A stretch of DNA of 28,063 bases from a virus (lineage: Duplodnaviria > Heunggongvirae > Uroviricota > Caudoviricetes). Below, one piece after another: positions 1 to 7,418 of the stretch. Made by a program: the position numbers and the translations under genes. Each line of letters opens with the position of its first letter. Positions within the stretch are counted from its first letter, which is position 1. Under the pieces are notes generated by a model, which saw only the letters and a program-made list of their open reading frames with translations, was not told where the DNA came from and did not search any database. The stretch spans positions 1-28,063 of IMG/VR virus record IMGVR_UViG_651053023_000002; one strand, given 5' to 3'.

Positions 1-1164
1 TTACGCCTTCTTTATATCCTCCATAATTTCAGAGTGGGACATATTTGGGACATTATCACCAAAAATGTCGTCTATTTTCCTCGCATGCTCTGTCAAATGA
101 TTAGGCGCAAGGTGAGCATACCTACGAACCATTTCTATGGACTCCCATCCGCCCATTTCCTGAAGCACTGATAATGGGACGCCTGACTGAATCAGCCAGC
201 TTGCCCAGGTGTGTCTGAGGTCATGGAAACGGAAATCTTCAATTCCTGCACGACGACAAGCTGATAGCCATGATGTCTTGCTGTCGATGCGCATCTTCCT
301 GACCGCAGGCGTTGATGTTCCATCTGCTCGCTTAGCCGCCTTGGTATGTACAAACACCCATTTGTGATGCTTGCCTATTTGATCACGCAACACTTTACAG
401 GCGGTATCGTTCAGCGCCACACCAATGGCGCGGTTTGATTTGCTCTCTTCTGGATTCACCCAGGCAACTCGTCGCTGCATGTCGATTTGTTGCCATTCCA
501 GATTTATGATGTTCGACTTTCTCAGACCAGTTGCCAGCGCAAACTTGACGACAGATTTCAGTGGTTCGGGGCACTCATCAATAAGGCGTTTTGCTTCCTC
601 CTTTTCCAGCCATCTGACTCGCTTGTTTCTGACCGCTGGTATCTTGATGACAGGCGCTTTTTCCAGCCACTTCCAGTCGCGTTCTGCAGCACGGAGAATG
701 GCCTTTATCATGGCAAGATGCTTTGCCTTTGTCTGAGTTGATACTGGCTTTGGTTCATAAACAGGCAGTTCTTTACCTTTCCTGATGGCGGCCTGAACTT
801 TCTGTTTCCATATTTCTTTCGTCTTTCTGTTATGCATTCTGCTTACAGCAGAGTAAATCTTTGCCTCCGAGATATCTTTAAGCCTTATACCCTCAAAATG
901 TTCAAGCCAGAACTCAATCCGGCTTTTATCTGAATCGAGAGATTTTTTATCAGCTTTTTCCTCAAGCCATCTTAGGCAGGCCTCTTCAAAAGTGACATCA
1001 GGTAAATCCCCTAGCTTTTCTACTCGCCAGAGTTCTGCTTTTCGCTTGTCGTGCAACTCCTGAGCTTGCCGCTTGTCCTTTGTGCCAAGAGATTCCTTAA
1101 TTCGTTTCCCGCCCGGGAGCGAATACGAGGCATACCATATTTCATTTCTGCGGAAGAGTGACAT
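1..1164 (-). CDS. intD: Phage integrase, tyrosine recombinase (387 aa), DLP12 IntD-like
   Basis: Full ORF ending at window position 1. C-terminal catalytic region [11 protein letters not shown]...VRRYAHL has the R-H-R-Y tyrosine-recombinase signature. Followed upstream by an excisionase-like gene. Confidence 0.9.
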
Positions 1165-1391
1165 TTTCTTTCCTCTGTTATGCCATCACCCGCGCTCACC
1201 TGGACAGTATGCAGCGGAGACTGAAGCGCCGCAATGCAGGCTTGCCGTGTTGTGAGGTAAGGAGATTTTGGCTTGGTTGGATCTTTACGTGTTGCCTGTA
1301 GGCGGCCTGTTCGTATCCAGTTGGTGGCGGTTGGTCTGGATATCTTAAGAAACTGACAGGCCTCATCGAGTGTGAGGCTGTATGATTCCAT
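1020..1391 (-). CDS. Excisionase-like DNA-binding protein (Xis/AlpA-type helix-turn-helix); start uncertain (1391 or 1421)
   Basis: N-terminus [31 protein letters not shown] resembles MerR/Xis-type HTH. Sits immediately upstream of int and overlaps the int start, as xis does in lambda. The long C-terminal overlap with int may be read-through. Confidence 0.55.
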
Positions 1392-1641
1392 GGTTACCTC
1401 TGCTTTTTGAACGCATGTCACGTAACTTCTTAATGTGTTCTGCCGTTTCGATCTCTTCTGCTATCCGATCTGCATCAGCTTTATTCACAGGTTCAAAGTC
1501 ATGATTAAAGCGGAACATGCTGGCGATACATGTTCTGCCTTTTCGGATGTAGTGAACTTTGTTGTGGGTAGAACGCAGGATTTTGCAGGGAGTGCCGTGG
1601 TGGTCGACGTACCAGGTGTTAGGAAAAATGATTCTGAACAT
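1363..1641 (-). CDS. Hypothetical early-left protein (92 aa)
   Basis: ORF co-oriented with int/xis in the lambda ea/orf region between exo and xis. No recognisable motif. Confidence 0.35.
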   Translation of the reverse strand: MFRIIFPNTWYVDHHGTPCKILRSTHNKVHYIRKGRTCIASMFRFNHDFEPVNKADADRIAEEIETAEHIKKLRDMRSKSRGNHGIIQPHTR

Positions 1642-1804
1642 TTTTACACCTCAGTTGGACGATGTTGAAATTTGCTGCTTTGGCTAACGTATGAAATTCT
1701 TCGTCTGTTTCTACTGGTATTGGCACAAACCTGACTCCAATTTGAGCAAGGCTATGTGCCATCTCAATACTCGTTCTTAACTCAACAGGAGATGCTTTGT
1801 GCAT
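1619..1804 (-). CDS. Hypothetical early-left protein (61 aa)
   Basis: Small ORF co-oriented with the leftward operon. Overlaps an alternative frame (1777..1938), so either may be the real gene. Confidence 0.3.
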   Translation of the reverse strand: MHKASPVELRTSIEMAHSLAQIGVRFVPIPVETDEEFHTLAKAANFNIVQLRCKNVQNHFS

Positions 1805-1938
1805 ACCGCCTCCCGTTTATTATTTATCTTCTCAGCCAGCCGCTGTGCTTTCAGTGGATTTCTGATAACAGAAAGGCCGGGAAATACCCAGCCTCGCTTT
1901 GTAACGGAGTAGACGAAAGTGATCGCGCCTACCCGGAT
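1777..1938 (-). pseudogene. 3' part of a small orf60a-like gene split by IS copy 1 (5' end lies at 3249..3274, overlapping the exo stop)
   Basis: Removing the IS and one copy of the GAT duplication gives a continuous frame ATGGCGATGACGCATCCTCACGATAATATCCGGGTA... ([20 protein letters not shown]...), about 62 aa, starting at the exo stop codon, as orf60a does in lambda. Confidence 0.3.
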
Positions 1939-1980
1939 TGAACCGCCCCGGGTTTCCTGGAGAGTGTTTTATCTGTGAAC

Positions 1981-2871
1981 TCAGGCTGCCAGATCATTGT
2001 TTCCGATGGAAGCATAATAAGCTTTTTCTGCTTCTGCCGGAGGAGTATGGCCCAGCCTTCCCAGCAATCGTCGATTGTTATACCAGTCCACCCACGTTAG
2101 TGTGGCCAGTTCCACTTCTGCACGGTTTTTCCAGCTCTTACGGTGTATTACCTCCGCTTTGTAAAGACCATTGATGCTCTCAGCCATCGCGTTGTCATAC
2201 GAGTCGCCTGTACTCCCTGTTGATGCCAGTAATCCGGCTTCTTTTAGTCGCTCCGTATAGGCCAGTGACACATACTGAGAGCCTTTATCGCTGTAATGGA
2301 TGGTGCCAGACGGACGACGGGCCCACAACGCCTGCTCCAGCGCATCCAGCACGAATGTCGTTTCCATAGACGATGAGACCCGCCCCCCCACGATGTATCC
2401 GGCAAACACATCAATGATAAACGCCACATAGACGAAGCCCTGCCATGTGCTGACGTAAGTAAAATCAGCCACCCACAGCTGGTCAGGACGTTCTGCCACG
2501 AACTGACGGTTTACGCGGTCACCTGTGGCAACGGTTTTCCGGCTGACGGTAGTGCGGACCTTTTTACCCCGGAGAACACCGGCAAGTCCCATAACCGCCA
2601 TGAGGCGCGCCACTGTACATCTGGCCACCCTGATTCCTTCCCGTAACAACTGACGCCAGACTTTACGCACACCGTACACCTGATGATTTTCATCGTATAC
2701 GCGCTGTATCTCTCTCTTCAGCCAGTCATCGTGCTGCGCACGGGCACTGCGTTTATCCGGATGATGTCGCTGTTGCTGACAATGGTAATACGTTGACGGG
2801 GCAATATGCAGTTCGCTGCATACCGGTCCGACCCCGTACTGCTCACGCAGCTTATCCAGCAGTGGCATCAT
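1981..2871 (-). CDS. IS3-family transposase OrfB (DDE integrase domain), 296 aa
   Basis: [16 protein letters not shown]... with DDE-type catalytic core. Differs from the copy-2 OrfB at 6 residues, including G where copy 2 has W in GWRVSSS. Confidence 0.85.
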   Translation of the reverse strand: MMPLLDKLREQYGVGPVCSELHIAPSTYYHCQQQRHHPDKRSARAQHDDWLKREIQRVYDENHQVYGVRKVWRQLLREGIRVARCTVARLMAVMGLAGVLRGKKVRTTVSRKTVATGDRVNRQFVAERPDQLWVADFTYVSTWQGFVYVAFIIDVFAGYIVGGRVSSSMETTFVLDALEQALWARRPSGTIHYSDKGSQYVSLAYTERLKEAGLLASTGSTGDSYDNAMAESINGLYKAEVIHRKSWKNRAEVELATLTWVDWYNNRRLLGRLGHTPPAEAEKAYYASIGNNDLAA

Positions 2872-3194
2872 TTTTTCCAGAGGCGGTCGAACTCCGCCTT
2901 CGCAAAATAAGCGGAAGCCTGGCGAAGGATATCGTTACTGCGGCGCAGTTCACGATTTTCACGTTCCAGCTCTTTCAGACGCTGACGTTCAGCGCTGGTG
3001 AGCCCACCATCACCGCCCCCGGTATCCCGCTCATGCTGGCGAACCCAGACACGCAGAGTCTCCGGCGTACAGCCAATCTTTGGGGCAATGGAACAAATTG
3101 CCGCCCACTGTGAGTCATATTCATCCTGACTTTCCAGAACCATACGAATCGCCCGCTGACGGACTTCGGGGGAAAAACGAGTATTTTTAGTCAT
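2868..3194 (-). CDS. IS3-family transposase OrfA (HTH), 108 aa
   Basis: [22 protein letters not shown]... Identical to the copy-2 OrfA. Overlaps orfB by 4 nt. Confidence 0.85.
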   Translation of the reverse strand: MTKNTRFSPEVRQRAIRMVLESQDEYDSQWAAICSIAPKIGCTPETLRVWVRQHERDTGGGDGGLTSAERQRLKELERENRELRRSNDILRQASAYFAKAEFDRLWKK

Positions 3195-3268
3195 CCTGTT
3201 TACCTCTTTCTCAGGGAGTTTAGTCTCCAGGATTTCCGGGGCGGTTCAGATATTATCGTGAGGATGCG

Positions 3269-3949
3269 TCATCGCCATTGCTCCCCAAATACAAAACCAA
3301 TTTCAGCCAGTGCCTCGTCCATTTTTTCGATGAACTCCGGCACCATCTCGTCAAAACTCGCCATGTACTTTTCATTCCGCTCAATCACGACATAATGCAG
3401 GCCTTCACGCTTCATGCGCGGGTCATAGTTGGCAAAGTACCAGGCATCTTTTCGCGTCACCCACATGCTGTACTGCACCTGGGCCATGTAAGCCGATTTT
3501 ATTGCCTCGAAACCACCGAGCCGGAATTTCATGAAATCCCGGGAGGTAAACGGGCATTTCAGTTCAAGGCCGTTGCCGTCACTGCATAAACCATCGGGAG
3601 AGCAGGCGGTGCGCATACTTTCGTCGCGATAGATGATCGGGGATTCAGTAATATTCACGCCGGAAGTGAATTCAAACAGGGTTCTGGCGTCGTTCTCGTA
3701 CTGTTTTCCCCAGGCCAGCGCCTTAGCATTAACTTCCGGAGCCACACCGGTGCAAACCTCAGCCAGCAGGGTGTGGAAGTAGGACATTTTCATGTCAGGC
3801 CACTTCTTTCCTGAGCGGGGCTTTGCTATCACGTTGTGAACTTCTGAAGCGGTGATGACGCCGAGCCGTAATTTGTGCCATGCATCATCCCCCTGTTCGA
3901 CAGCTCTCACGTCGATCCCGGTACGCTGCAGGATAATGTCCGGTATCAT
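3269..3949 (-). CDS. exo: Lambda-type exonuclease (Red alpha / Exo), 226 aa, apparently intact
   Basis: Near-identical to lambda Exo as recalled ([40 protein letters not shown]...GEQWR). ATGA overlap with the upstream bet-derived ORF. Confidence 0.9.
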   Translation of the reverse strand: MIPDIILQRTGIDVRAVEQGDDAWHKLRLGVITASEVHNVIAKPRSGKKWPDMKMSYFHTLLAEVCTGVAPEVNAKALAWGKQYENDARTLFEFTSGVNITESPIIYRDESMRTACSPDGLCSDGNGLELKCPFTSRDFMKFRLGGFEAIKSAYMAQVQYSMWVTRKDAWYFANYDPRMKREGLHYVVIERNEKYMASFDEMVPEFIEKMDEALAEIGFVFGEQWR

Positions 3950-4326
3950 GCTGCCACCTTCTGCTCAGTGGCTTTCTGTTTCAGGAATCCAAGAGCTTTC
4001 ACTGCTTCGGCCTGTGTCAGTTCTGACGATGCGCGAATGTCGCGGCGAAATATCTGGGAACAGAGCGGCAATAAGTCGTCATCCCATGTTTTATCCAGGG
4101 CGATCAGCAGAGTGTTAATCTCCTGCATGGTTTCATCGTTAATGGCTTTTTTGCTGGCCCCGTGGCGTTGCAAATGATCGATGCATAGCGATTCAAACAG
4201 GTGCTGGGGCAGGCCTTTTTCCATGTCGTCTGCCAGTTCTGCCTCTTTCTCTTCACGGGCGATCTGCTGGTAGTAACGCGCCCAGCTCTGAGCCTCAAGA
4301 CGATCCTGAATGTAATAAGCGTTCAT
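3946..4326 (-). pseudogene. In-frame gam'::'bet deletion fusion: GamS N-terminal ~60 aa joined to Bet C-terminal ~66 aa
   Basis: Residues 1-60 ([60 protein letters not shown]) match lambda Gam. Residues 61-126 ([58 protein letters not shown]...) match the lambda Bet C-terminus. Junction near 4146. Confidence 0.8.
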
Positions 4327-4401
4327 GGCTGAACTCCTGAAAATGGCTGTGAAAATATCGCCCGCGAAATGCCAGGCTGATTAGGAAAACAGGAAAGGGG
4401 A

Positions 4402-4608
4402 TTAGCGATTCAGGCCGTTACCGCGTCCGTCGAGAAAAACTTCCACGAGCAAATCACGGGTATAAGTGCGCTCGATGCCGCGATGCAGATAAAGCCGTCC
4501 GCGTAAATTAGCTGATGCAGTCCAGGTACCATCTTTGTGTTTGACCAGCATTCCTGGCATGACCGCACCTCGATTAACGGTCTGCGTTCCGTAATGTTGA
4601 TGAACCAT
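4402..4608 (-). CDS. KilR-like small protein (68 aa), Rac-prophage KilR family; the six-frame ORF 4402..4812 is probably an over-extension
   Basis: [66 protein letters not shown] aligns with Rac KilR as recalled ([34 protein letters not shown]...VFLGRDGLP). The internal ATG has an AGGAG Shine-Dalgarno 7 nt upstream; the longer ORF starts at TTG without one. Confidence 0.6.
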   Translation of the reverse strand: MVHQHYGTQTVNRGAVMPGMLVKHKDGTWTASANLRGRLYLHRGIERTYTRDLLVEVFLDGRGNGLNR

Positions 4609-4829
4609 AAAAACTCCTGCCCGTAAGCTGGGCTGCTGAACATATAGAGACTTCTGCGCGTATTCAGGCGGTGGATGGCCGCCGGTTGTCATAACTAAGC
4701 CGCCTCGTTGAAGCGACTGAGGTATAAAGTGTTGTGTTGATTTCAGCTGGTCACACCGACGTTCACGCGTCCGTTTCACCCCTCGCACTCCCCGAAGCCT
4801 GCTGAAATTCAAACTGCGGATCTAAGCGG

Positions 4830-4881
4830 TCATCGCAACGGTGAAACAGGTGGTTACCGTATCGTTGTGTCGTTGCGATGA
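4830..4881. promoter_or_regulatory. 11-bp perfect inverted repeat (TCATCGCAACG / CGTTGCGATGA) with 30-nt spacer between pL/OL and kilR-like
   Basis: Seen directly. No U-run follows on either strand, so it is not a classic intrinsic terminator. Candidate protein-binding palindrome or leader RNA structure. Confidence 0.35.
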
Positions 4882-4889
4882 ATTTATTT

Positions 4890-4965
4890 AAAACTATAGT
4901 TGTTTTATCGTCAACAACAAAAGTTGTTTTATCGGTTGTTTTAAATATAACTGGTTGTATTTAGG
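4890..4965 (-). promoter_or_regulatory. Putative OL operator cluster and pL promoter
   Basis: Multiple copies of the (T)GGTTGTT / AACAAC half-site (4898-4904, 4912-4918, 4922-4928, 4935-4941, 4952-4958). The same motif forms the palindrome in OR. Lies just upstream of the leftward operon. Confidence 0.55.
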
Positions 4966-5047
4966 ATGGATTTATTTTGTGACTTGCATCGCATAGCGAT
5001 AACTGAAGTGAGGTGTGGTGGTTTTTTGGACGGTATGAGTTATGAGG

Positions 5048-5080
5048 GGGAGGAAAAGAAAACCCGGCGCGGTTGCCGGG
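5048..5080 (-). terminator. Rho-independent terminator downstream of the lipoprotein gene
   Basis: Hairpin CCCGGCGCGGTTGCCGGG (5063-5080), followed on the minus-strand transcript by UUUUCUUUUCC. Confidence 0.7.
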
Positions 5081-5088
5081 TATGATTA

Positions 5089-5469
5089 TCAGTCAGCCCA
5101 ACCTGATTTCGAGTTTATTTGGGTTTCTGACATTGTGTATTTCTTAATCGTGTCATCGTTAAAAAGAATAGTAAGTTCTTTTTTCGTACCGTTCGTTCCG
5201 TTATGGAATAATCCATAGAATGGAATAAAAGTGGTGCCATTAACTTTTACTTTTGCAAAGGCGTACTTCCAGATCTCCTTTCCACTGTCAGTATATGAAA
5301 CAGCATCAGGAGAACCAAAGTAAGATTTAACCTCATTCTTGGTTGTTTTACCTTCCTGAAGTTTAGACTGGACACTAATTTCAGTTTCATTTTTGAGTTG
5401 CTGGTTGCCTGAAGAAGCACACCCAGCCAATACAGATGCCATCATGGCAGCGATTAGGATTTTTCTCAT
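5089..5469 (-). CDS. Lipoprotein (126 aa) in the cI-proximal rexAB position; candidate superinfection-exclusion or defence moron
   Basis: Signal peptide with lipobox MRKILIAAMMASVLAG-C. Mature part is Lys/Thr-rich with weak BamE/SmpA_OmlA-like pattern. Same strand as and downstream of cI, with its own terminator. Confidence 0.6.
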   Translation of the reverse strand: MRKILIAAMMASVLAGCASSGNQQLKNETEISVQSKLQEGKTTKNEVKSYFGSPDAVSYTDSGKEIWKYAFAKVKVNGTTFIPFYGLFHNGTNGTKKELTILFNDDTIKKYTMSETQINSKSGWAD

Positions 5470-5698
5470 TTTATGTTTCCATTCATTATAATCAGAAACA
5501 TCTTAACATAATGATTCGAAATAAAAACCGCTACGAGATAGGGAGACATTTTGCTGACAGTAGCAACAAATCTCAGCTAACAACGAGAATATTTACTGAA
5601 ATATGCAAACAGATTTGGCGTTCTTATAGAGAATTTAGTGCAATATCTAATCCGAGTGGTATAAACCTTAACCTTCGCTCCCTTAAGTCGTAGATAAA

Positions 5699-6388
5699 TT
5701 AACCATGCTTCCTGTACGTCTGCGGCATGCTTCCAATGACCTTACCGAATATGAACACCCGGTTCATCTCGTCTTTCTCGATCGGGTCCCACGGCGAGTA
5801 GCTCTTGTTATCAGAGATAACCAGCAGCTTATCCTTCATCATTTGAAGACGTTTTACATGGGCAGTGTCGTCGTACAGAAACGCATAGATGCCATCACCG
5901 TCGAAAGATTTAACAGTGATATCAACGAACAGCAGGTCACCTGGTTCGATCGTCCCTGACATGCTGTCACCTCGCACGTTAATGATGCGGATATTTTCCG
6001 CCTTCCTGCCATCGAACATGTGACGAGCATCGTCAAACGAGTACTCAACCGAGCGTAGAACTTCTACAAACTCACGGTTGATTACACCTGGCCCGGCACT
6101 GACTTCTATATCAAGAACGTCAATTTTGAAGTATTTGGAATGGCTGACAGTTGATTGTATTGGTTGCACTGTACTGTCTGACATATTTCCAACGCCAGAA
6201 GATAACCATTCTGCGCGTACACCCAAAGCGTTCGCGATCTCCACGATTTTAGTTGTTTGGTTAGCTTTCCCTGTTTCGATTTTCTGAATAGCAGCCTGGC
6301 TAACCCCGACCAAATCCCCAAGCGCCTTTTGTGTAAGGCCTCGCGCTAATCTGGCTTCTTTAAGTCTTTCTGAGAGTGTTGTTTTCAT
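5699..6388 (-). CDS. cI: CI-type prophage repressor (HTH_XRE plus S24 LexA-like autopeptidase), 229 aa
   Basis: N-terminal HTH (LTQKALGDLVGVSQAAIQKIETGK). Ala-Gly cleavage site (VSAGPG). Catalytic Ser in GDSM and Lys in HVKRL. Divergent from the cro-like gene. No SD before the ATG, consistent with a leaderless pRM transcript. Confidence 0.85.
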   Translation of the reverse strand: MKTTLSERLKEARLARGLTQKALGDLVGVSQAAIQKIETGKANQTTKIVEIANALGVRAEWLSSGVGNMSDSTVQPIQSTVSHSKYFKIDVLDIEVSAGPGVINREFVEVLRSVEYSFDDARHMFDGRKAENIRIINVRGDSMSGTIEPGDLLFVDITVKSFDGDGIYAFLYDDTAHVKRLQMMKDKLLVISDNKSYSPWDPIEKDEMNRVFIFGKVIGSMPQTYRKHG

Positions 6389-6492
6389 AGATCAAATGTA
6401 CAACCAAGGTTTTATTTCATCAAACGAAAATGGTTGTTGACTAAAAACAACCATAGTTTTAATCTTGATTCGGATTAACCACGGAGGTTGTT
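6389..6492. promoter_or_regulatory. OR operator region with divergent pRM/pR promoters
   Basis: 23-bp palindrome TGGTTGTTgactaaaAACAACCA (6431-6453), plus half-sites ACAACCA (6400-6406) and GGTTGTT (6486-6492). Lies between divergent cI and cro. Confidence 0.65.
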
Positions 6493-6723
6493 ATGAACCC
6501 AGCAATCAAAACAGCGATCAATATCGTTGGTTCACAAAAGAAACTAGGCGATGCCTGCGAAGTTTCACAGCAGGCCGTCTATAAGTGGCTTCACAACAAA
6601 GCAAAGGTATCCCCTGAACATGTCGGCAGCATTGTTACGGCTACTGGTGGAGTTGTGAAGGCATACCAGATTCGCCCGGATCTTCCGAAGTTGTTTCCAC
6701 ACACCGAAAAGAACGCAGCTTAA
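6493..6723 (+). CDS. Cro-like HTH regulator (YdaS/Cro family), 76 aa
   Basis: Small HTH protein (LGDACEVSQQAVYKWL) divergent from cI, with GGAGG SD. Positional Cro analogue. Confidence 0.7.
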   Translation: MNPAIKTAINIVGSQKKLGDACEVSQQAVYKWLHNKAKVSPEHVGSIVTATGGVVKAYQIRPDLPKLFPHTEKNAA

Positions 6724-6792
6724 ATTTCCATTTCACGCTCTTTAACAATAAGCAATCAACTTAACAGTCAATTCAAACTAAAGGAGTCAATT

Positions 6793-7332
6793 ATGCAACC
6801 ACTTACATACCAACAGACTAGCGGATTTATTCCGACTGCGGTGATAAATCGTTCTCAAACAAAACAAGCTCCAGGCCACGAAAAAATCCGTGATGCCGTC
6901 CGCGCCTGGTCGGCTGTAGATAATCAGGATGTCGTTGCCGCACTCATTGTGAATGAGTATCGGGAGCAGGGCGACGGCACCATCGATTTCCCTGATGATG
7001 TCAGCCGTGCACGCCAGAAGCTGTTCCGCTTCCTCGATAACAAATTCGATTCTGAAAAATACCGAAATAACGTGCGTGAACTGACCCCGGCAATTCTGGC
7101 GGTACTACCGCTGGAATATCGCGGTTACCTGGTTGAGCAGGATAGCTTCATGACTCGGTTGGCTGAAATGGAAAAGGAACTCAGTGAGGCAAAACAGGCT
7201 GTCATTCTCAACGCACCACGCCACCAGAAACTGAAGGAAATGAGTGAAGGTATTGTGTCGATGTTTCGTGTGGACCCGGATCTGGCTGGTCCATTAATGG
7301 CGATGGTGACCACCATGCTGGGGGCAATATGA
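6793..7332 (+). CDS. YdaT-like protein in the cII position, 179 aa
   Basis: Segment LTPAILAVLPLEYRGYL resembles Rac YdaT (LIPAILAILPRELR) as recalled. AAGGAG SD. Sits between cro and O. Confidence 0.5.
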   Translation: MQPLTYQQTSGFIPTAVINRSQTKQAPGHEKIRDAVRAWSAVDNQDVVAALIVNEYREQGDGTIDFPDDVSRARQKLFRFLDNKFDSEKYRNNVRELTPAILAVLPLEYRGYLVEQDSFMTRLAEMEKELSEAKQAVILNAPRHQKLKEMSEGIVSMFRVDPDLAGPLMAMVTTMLGAI

Positions 7333-7418
7333 CAGGTTCAGAAATGGCGAAAGTCGGTCTGCGGGAACAGAACCGACTTTCAGGTGCAAATCGTAACACA
7401 CTCATTGCGGGAGGAATT

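Larger units (their letters stand above)
1939..3248 (-). mobile_element. IS3-family insertion sequence, 1310 bp, IS629/IS1203/IS3411-like, copy 1
   Basis: Terminal inverted repeats TGAACCGCCCCGG at both ends. orfA (108 aa) and orfB (296 aa) overlap as for -1 frameshifting. Flanked by a 3-bp direct repeat GAT (1936-1938 and 3249-3251). Confidence 0.85.

Noticed and set aside
425-741. 103-aa and 84-aa plus-strand ORFs inside the integrase gene
   Set aside because: Antisense to a complete, motif-bearing tyrosine recombinase. No independent support.
1939-3248. Naming the element IS3 sensu stricto
   Set aside because: Length is 1310 bp and the ORFs are 108 and 296 aa with an [16 protein letters not shown]-terminus, whereas I recall IS3 as 1258 bp with a 99-aa InsE. 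The element fits the IS629/IS1203/IS3411 group within the IS3 family; exact assignment needs ISfinder.
4609-4812. Arg-rich N-terminal extension (RLRGVRGVKRTRERR) of the 136-aa ORF as a possible N-like antiterminator
   Set aside because: The extension starts at TTG without an SD, and KilR homology begins exactly at the internal Met, which has a strong SD. There is no boxA/boxB-like nut signature that I can verify, and the immunity region is YdaS/YdaT-type.
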